NCBI GenBank assembly: GCA_943329665.2
Contig: CALQEU020000003.1
Location: 90,283-154,282, forward strand
DNA length: 64,000 nt
Direction of reading: 5' to 3'
Origin: Bifidobacterium breve
GTDB taxonomy: Bacteria > Bacteroidota > Bacteroidia > AKYH767-A > OLB10
Positions 60,679 through 64,000 of this stretch are shown here, piece by piece. How positions within the stretch are numbered: the first letter of the stretch is position 1; the number at the start of each line of letters is the position of its first letter. The translations under genes and the position numbers were made by a program. A model generated the notes under the pieces. It ran no database searches. It saw only the letters and a list, made by a program, of their open reading frames with translations, and was not told the origin of the DNA.

Positions 60679-61226
60679 CTATTGATTTCTATTAAGAATA
60701 CTGATAATTAATTGCTTTACTCTCCCCACCTCATTAGGTCGACTAACAGCGACAAACAACGTTAAGGAAGCCAATGCATCGTTGCTTAAAATAGGTTGAT
60801 GAAATTTATTAACCAACAAATTATTTTTCTCCAAAAAAAATAAAAAACAAGCCTTTCATTGATTGCATATCCGTGCACCAAATAATCCTTTAATCTAGTT
60901 GTTGCCCATTGGCGGAATTGGGTTCCGACTTTTGACTTTACCCTATATCCTACAGAAATTATTAAATCCAGATTATAATGAGCTATATCACGCATCACTT
61001 GTCTTTTACCTTCAGTTTGAACTGTCAAGAATTCCTTGACAGTTGAACTTTTGTCCAACTCCCCTTCTAAGAAGCAATTATTAATATGCAAACTAATATT
61101 CTGCTTAGTTTGCTCAAATAAAATAGCAAGTTGCTGCTGAGACAACCATACAGAATCATTTTCAAATCGAACAGTAATTTTAATTGAATGATATAAAGTT
61201 TGATAAATTTCAATTTGATTTTTCAT
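60679..61226 (-). pseudogene. RhuM/Fic-DOC family gene with an internal deletion and frameshift
   Basis: RhuM N-terminus (VWLSQQQ, HYNLDLIISVGYRVKS, FRQWAT) is joined to an out-of-frame C-terminus ACFLFFLEKN...SNDALASLTLFVAVSRP (60852-60679); the Fic core is missing. Confidence 0.8.
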
Positions 61227-61647
61227 TTACTCATATGAAGTAAATCCATCTACCCACAAAATCAAACAAAGGCACAACCTCTTCTTTCTAAATAGAATTT
61301 AAAAGGAGAGGATTCCTACCTTGATTAATTACTAGAATTACGATGAATCTCTTGTTAAACCGTTTTGTTAAATTTTTATAAAAAATATTTTTATTATTTA
61401 ATGACTTAATAAAAGGTGTTGAATCCTTGTATCAAGGATGCAAATATAAATCAAAATTTACAAATTCAAAATATTTCCATCTAAAAATATTTAATAGTCC
61501 GAATAATCATATTACATTATTACCAAGTTTAGCACTAACATTGAATTGTAACGAATTTTATATTACATAAATAAGGACGATTTAGTTCATCGGATACCTA
61601 TTATATAAATTTTAGTTTTAAATTAAGATTCAAGTCCTATTTTACTT

Positions 61648-61820
61648 GTTACTTTCTTTTACGTGAAAAGAAAGTAACCAAAGAAAGCACGCCACCCAAC
61701 ACCAACCAATTTTTGCGGTTTCTGCTTTCTATTTTCTTTTGCAACCACTGAACAATCTTTTGTGCTATCTCTTTACTTCATCGGTTCAGCAAAAATCGGT
61801 TCGCGCTGTTGCCTGGACGA
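61648..61820. other. Structured non-coding element (REP/MITE-like or ncRNA)
   Basis: Perfect 13-bp stem GTTACTTTCTTTT/AAAAGAAAGTAAC (61648-61678) and a 12/13 stem AACCAATTTTTGC/GCAAAAATCGGTT (61704-61716 with 61789-61801). Confidence 0.55.
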
Positions 61821-61955
61821 CCTCCGCGCCGTACCGAACGAAATTCCTGTTTATTAAAATTTATTGCTCGAATTATGCTTCCATTTATGTTTAAATAATT
61901 GGACTACATATTATGTATAACTGGTATAATTTCATTTTCTGCTCTTACAATAGAC

Positions 61956-61993
61956 AAAAAAACTCCGAATTAGTCTTAGCCAATTCAGAGTTT
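61956..61993 (-). terminator. Rho-independent terminator for the SRPBCC gene
   Basis: On the minus strand AAACTCTGAATTGG..CTAATTCGGAGTTTTTTT. Confidence 0.75.
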
Positions 61994-62016
61994 AATGATC
62001 CGTTTGCAAACGGGAA

Positions 62017-62427
62017 TTATTTTTCTTTTTCCATTGTGAAATAATCGTTCATCGGATCGAGTACAAAATCGACCCAACCGTTGCCGTGTTTGTCACATTC
62101 TTCTTTTGACGGGAAGTCGGTATGTTCCAAAACGAGATCCGTTCCTGCGGGATGTGGCATAAAACGAATATGTACTTTAGATGGACTTGTTCGCTTATCC
62201 CATTCAGCAGGTTTCCAGGTAAAGCCGAGTTCATTATCTAGTAGGTAATGTGTCATTTCTCCTTTCACCCATCCATCAAACAATTCAAACTTTCCGCCAA
62301 CTGTAGATTCTACCACCGAGAGTCCTCCACCCCAAAGTTCAATGATCCCCGGATCGGTGAATGCTTCAAACACATCTTCCGGCGATGCATACATTACATA
62401 AGTAGATTTCCAATTATACTTTGCCAT
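62017..62427 (-). CDS. SRPBCC/AHSA1 (Aha1-like) domain protein
   Basis: ASPEDVFEAFTDP...W, GGKFELFDG and LEHTDFP...GW. Confidence 0.85.
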   Translation of the reverse strand: MAKYNWKSTYVMYASPEDVFEAFTDPGIIELWGGGLSVVESTVGGKFELFDGWVKGEMTHYLLDNELGFTWKPAEWDKRTSPSKVHIRFMPHPAGTDLVLEHTDFPSKEECDKHGNGWVDFVLDPMNDYFTMEKEK

Positions 62428-62440
62428 GCTTCAATTTTTT

Positions 62441-64000
62441 TTATGGTATAAATACAATACGCTTTGTGAATTGCCCATCAGCTAAACTCACTCTTAAAAA
62501 GTAGACACCCGATAATCCTGGGTTTGAAATTTCCGTTTGAAAGGGTCCAGCGATTGCATCAAAGGAAGAAGTAGATACAACTCTTCCCGTTACATCCATC
62601 AAATCCATTCGCACCTCTTGCGATTTTTCCAAATTCATTTTCACTTGAACATTACTCATCGACGGATTGGGAAATGCTTCGAAGTCGTATTGTAACGCCA
62701 GCAATTCTTGCGAACCTACAATACCAGAAATATTAATATCATCTAAATAAATATTATTTCCATTTATATTCTTAAATTGAAACTTAAATTGAACATTAGG
62801 TTTACTGGAGATAGTTCCTGAAACTAAATTAACAGTTACCGAAGCCCATTCACTTGAAGTTGGAATAAAACTATTGGTGGTATTGGGTGCGGTGGTAAGA
62901 CTTGCTCCCTTCTTAGCAAAGCGCTGTGTCCACGTTTCACCGCAATTAGTGGAGTAAAACATATTCAACTCGGAAGTATCCGAATTATTTTTTGAAGCGA
63001 ATGCATAACTAAAAGTAAGATGTGTTCCACTAACATTCGATAAATTAAACGTAGGGGTAATCACCTCATCAATGCTTCCAGAATTGTTTCCACTATGATT
63101 TAATAAACGAAGTGATTTAATTCCTGTAGCTGCCGCTGTTGACGAAAGTGTCCATGCATTATTATTGTTTGGATTCTCTACTCTCCATCCACCACTGGGA
63201 AAAGAAATGGTTTCAAAACCTTCTGAGTAAGGAACACTATTCACTCCCGGATTTGGTGATACTTCTACAATATTGGTACGCGTTATGATATCAGTACCGA
63301 TCCCATTGGAAACCGTAAGCGTAACATTATAGATCCCAGGAGTGAGATACATAACGGTAGGGCTAGCCGAAGTATCTGTAGCAGGTGTTCCGCCTTGAAA
63401 AGTCCATACACGTGAAGTCACTTCGCCATTCCAGGAAAGATCTTTAAAAGTTAATGATGAACCTGCACAAACACCACGCTTTAAATTATTAAAATCAGCT
63501 GTAGGCACACAGGTTTGAATGGTTCTACCAATTTCCGTTCCTGTAGCTAACCAGTTGCTAAGGGTAGATAAATTATCTCTTCCTCCAGTTGGAGAATTCA
63601 AAGCTGCATGCATAGCAGCTTTTTGACCGTCTGTAAACATATAATGACAAGCAGCATAGTCCATGTAATTCTGAACATTGTCAATTGCACCACATGTTGA
63701 TTGAGCCGTATTACAAGAAAAATTAGCGGTGCCGATGGTATTGGGAGTGTCACTAATTCCATCATCTACATTACAATTACTTGCTAAGCCCGGACTATTG
63801 GTTGATCCCCATGTATGCGGAAGATCGAGCCAATGACCTACTTCATGGGTTAATGAACGTTCTGTATAATTTGATCCATTAGAAGTTCCAATTCCTCCAA
63901 CATAATCATGACGCATCACTACACCATCAATATTTGCACTAATTCCCGGATAGTAAGCATAACCCGCTGCGCCACTTGCAATGTTTTGAACTACCCAAAT
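62441..64000 (-). CDS. M43 (pappalysin/ulilysin-like) zinc metalloprotease with PKD domain and T9SS type A CTD, 5'-truncated by the window edge
   Basis: HEVGHWLDLPHTW, DTP, Met-turn NYMDY, PKD WTFQGGTP, CTD AFPNPS..GVYFLR. Confidence 0.9.
   Translation of the reverse strand: MWVVQNIASGAAGYAYYPGISANIDGVVMRHDYVGGIGTSNGSNYTERSLTHEVGHWLDLPHTWGSTNSPGLASNCNVDDGISDTPNTIGTANFSCNTAQSTCGAIDNVQNYMDYAACHYMFTDGQKAAMHAALNSPTGGRDNLSTLSNWLATGTEIGRTIQTCVPTADFNNLKRGVCAGSSLTFKDLSWNGEVTSRVWTFQGGTPATDTSASPTVMYLTPGIYNVTLTVSNGIGTDIITRTNIVEVSPNPGVNSVPYSEGFETISFPSGGWRVENPNNNNAWTLSSTAAATGIKSLRLLNHSGNNSGSIDEVITPTFNLSNVSGTHLTFSYAFASKNNSDTSELNMFYSTNCGETWTQRFAKKGASLTTAPNTTNSFIPTSSEWASVTVNLVSGTISSKPNVQFKFQFKNINGNNIYLDDINISGIVGSQELLALQYDFEAFPNPSMSNVQVKMNLEKSQEVRMDLMDVTGRVVSTSSFDAIAGPFQTEISNPGLSGVYFLRVSLADGQFTKRIVFIP

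Overview
Chromosomal window from an AT-rich Bacteroidota bacterium, judged from several TAnnTTTG -7 promoter boxes and about eight type IX secretion (T9SS) cargo genes. It starts with a HEAT/cNMP-binding gene and a convergent HD hydrolase. Next is a sulfur module (two YeeE/YedE genes, a Tat-exported SoxB-like hydrolase and a TsdA-like diheme cytochrome) that is divergently transcribed from an 11-subunit complex I operon (nuoABCDHIJKLMN, no nuoEFG) ending in an unknown 126-aa gene. The rest holds an AAA/DUF4143 ATPase, large T9SS proteins, the yceD-rpmF-plsX-fabH/accBC cluster, lipB, ispG and a UvrD-like helicase. Outside the ORF track I found two 161-bp TAA-flanked MITE-like elements whose terminal inverted repeats co-vary, a tandemly amplified REP-like repeat, a structured non-coding element, and at least five deletion or truncation scars (TBDR/GAF, CTD/HipA, T9SS protein, DUF5686-like, RhuM-Fic). 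No rRNA, tRNA, CRISPR array or transposase was recognised. All calls come from reading motifs by eye; no searches were run.
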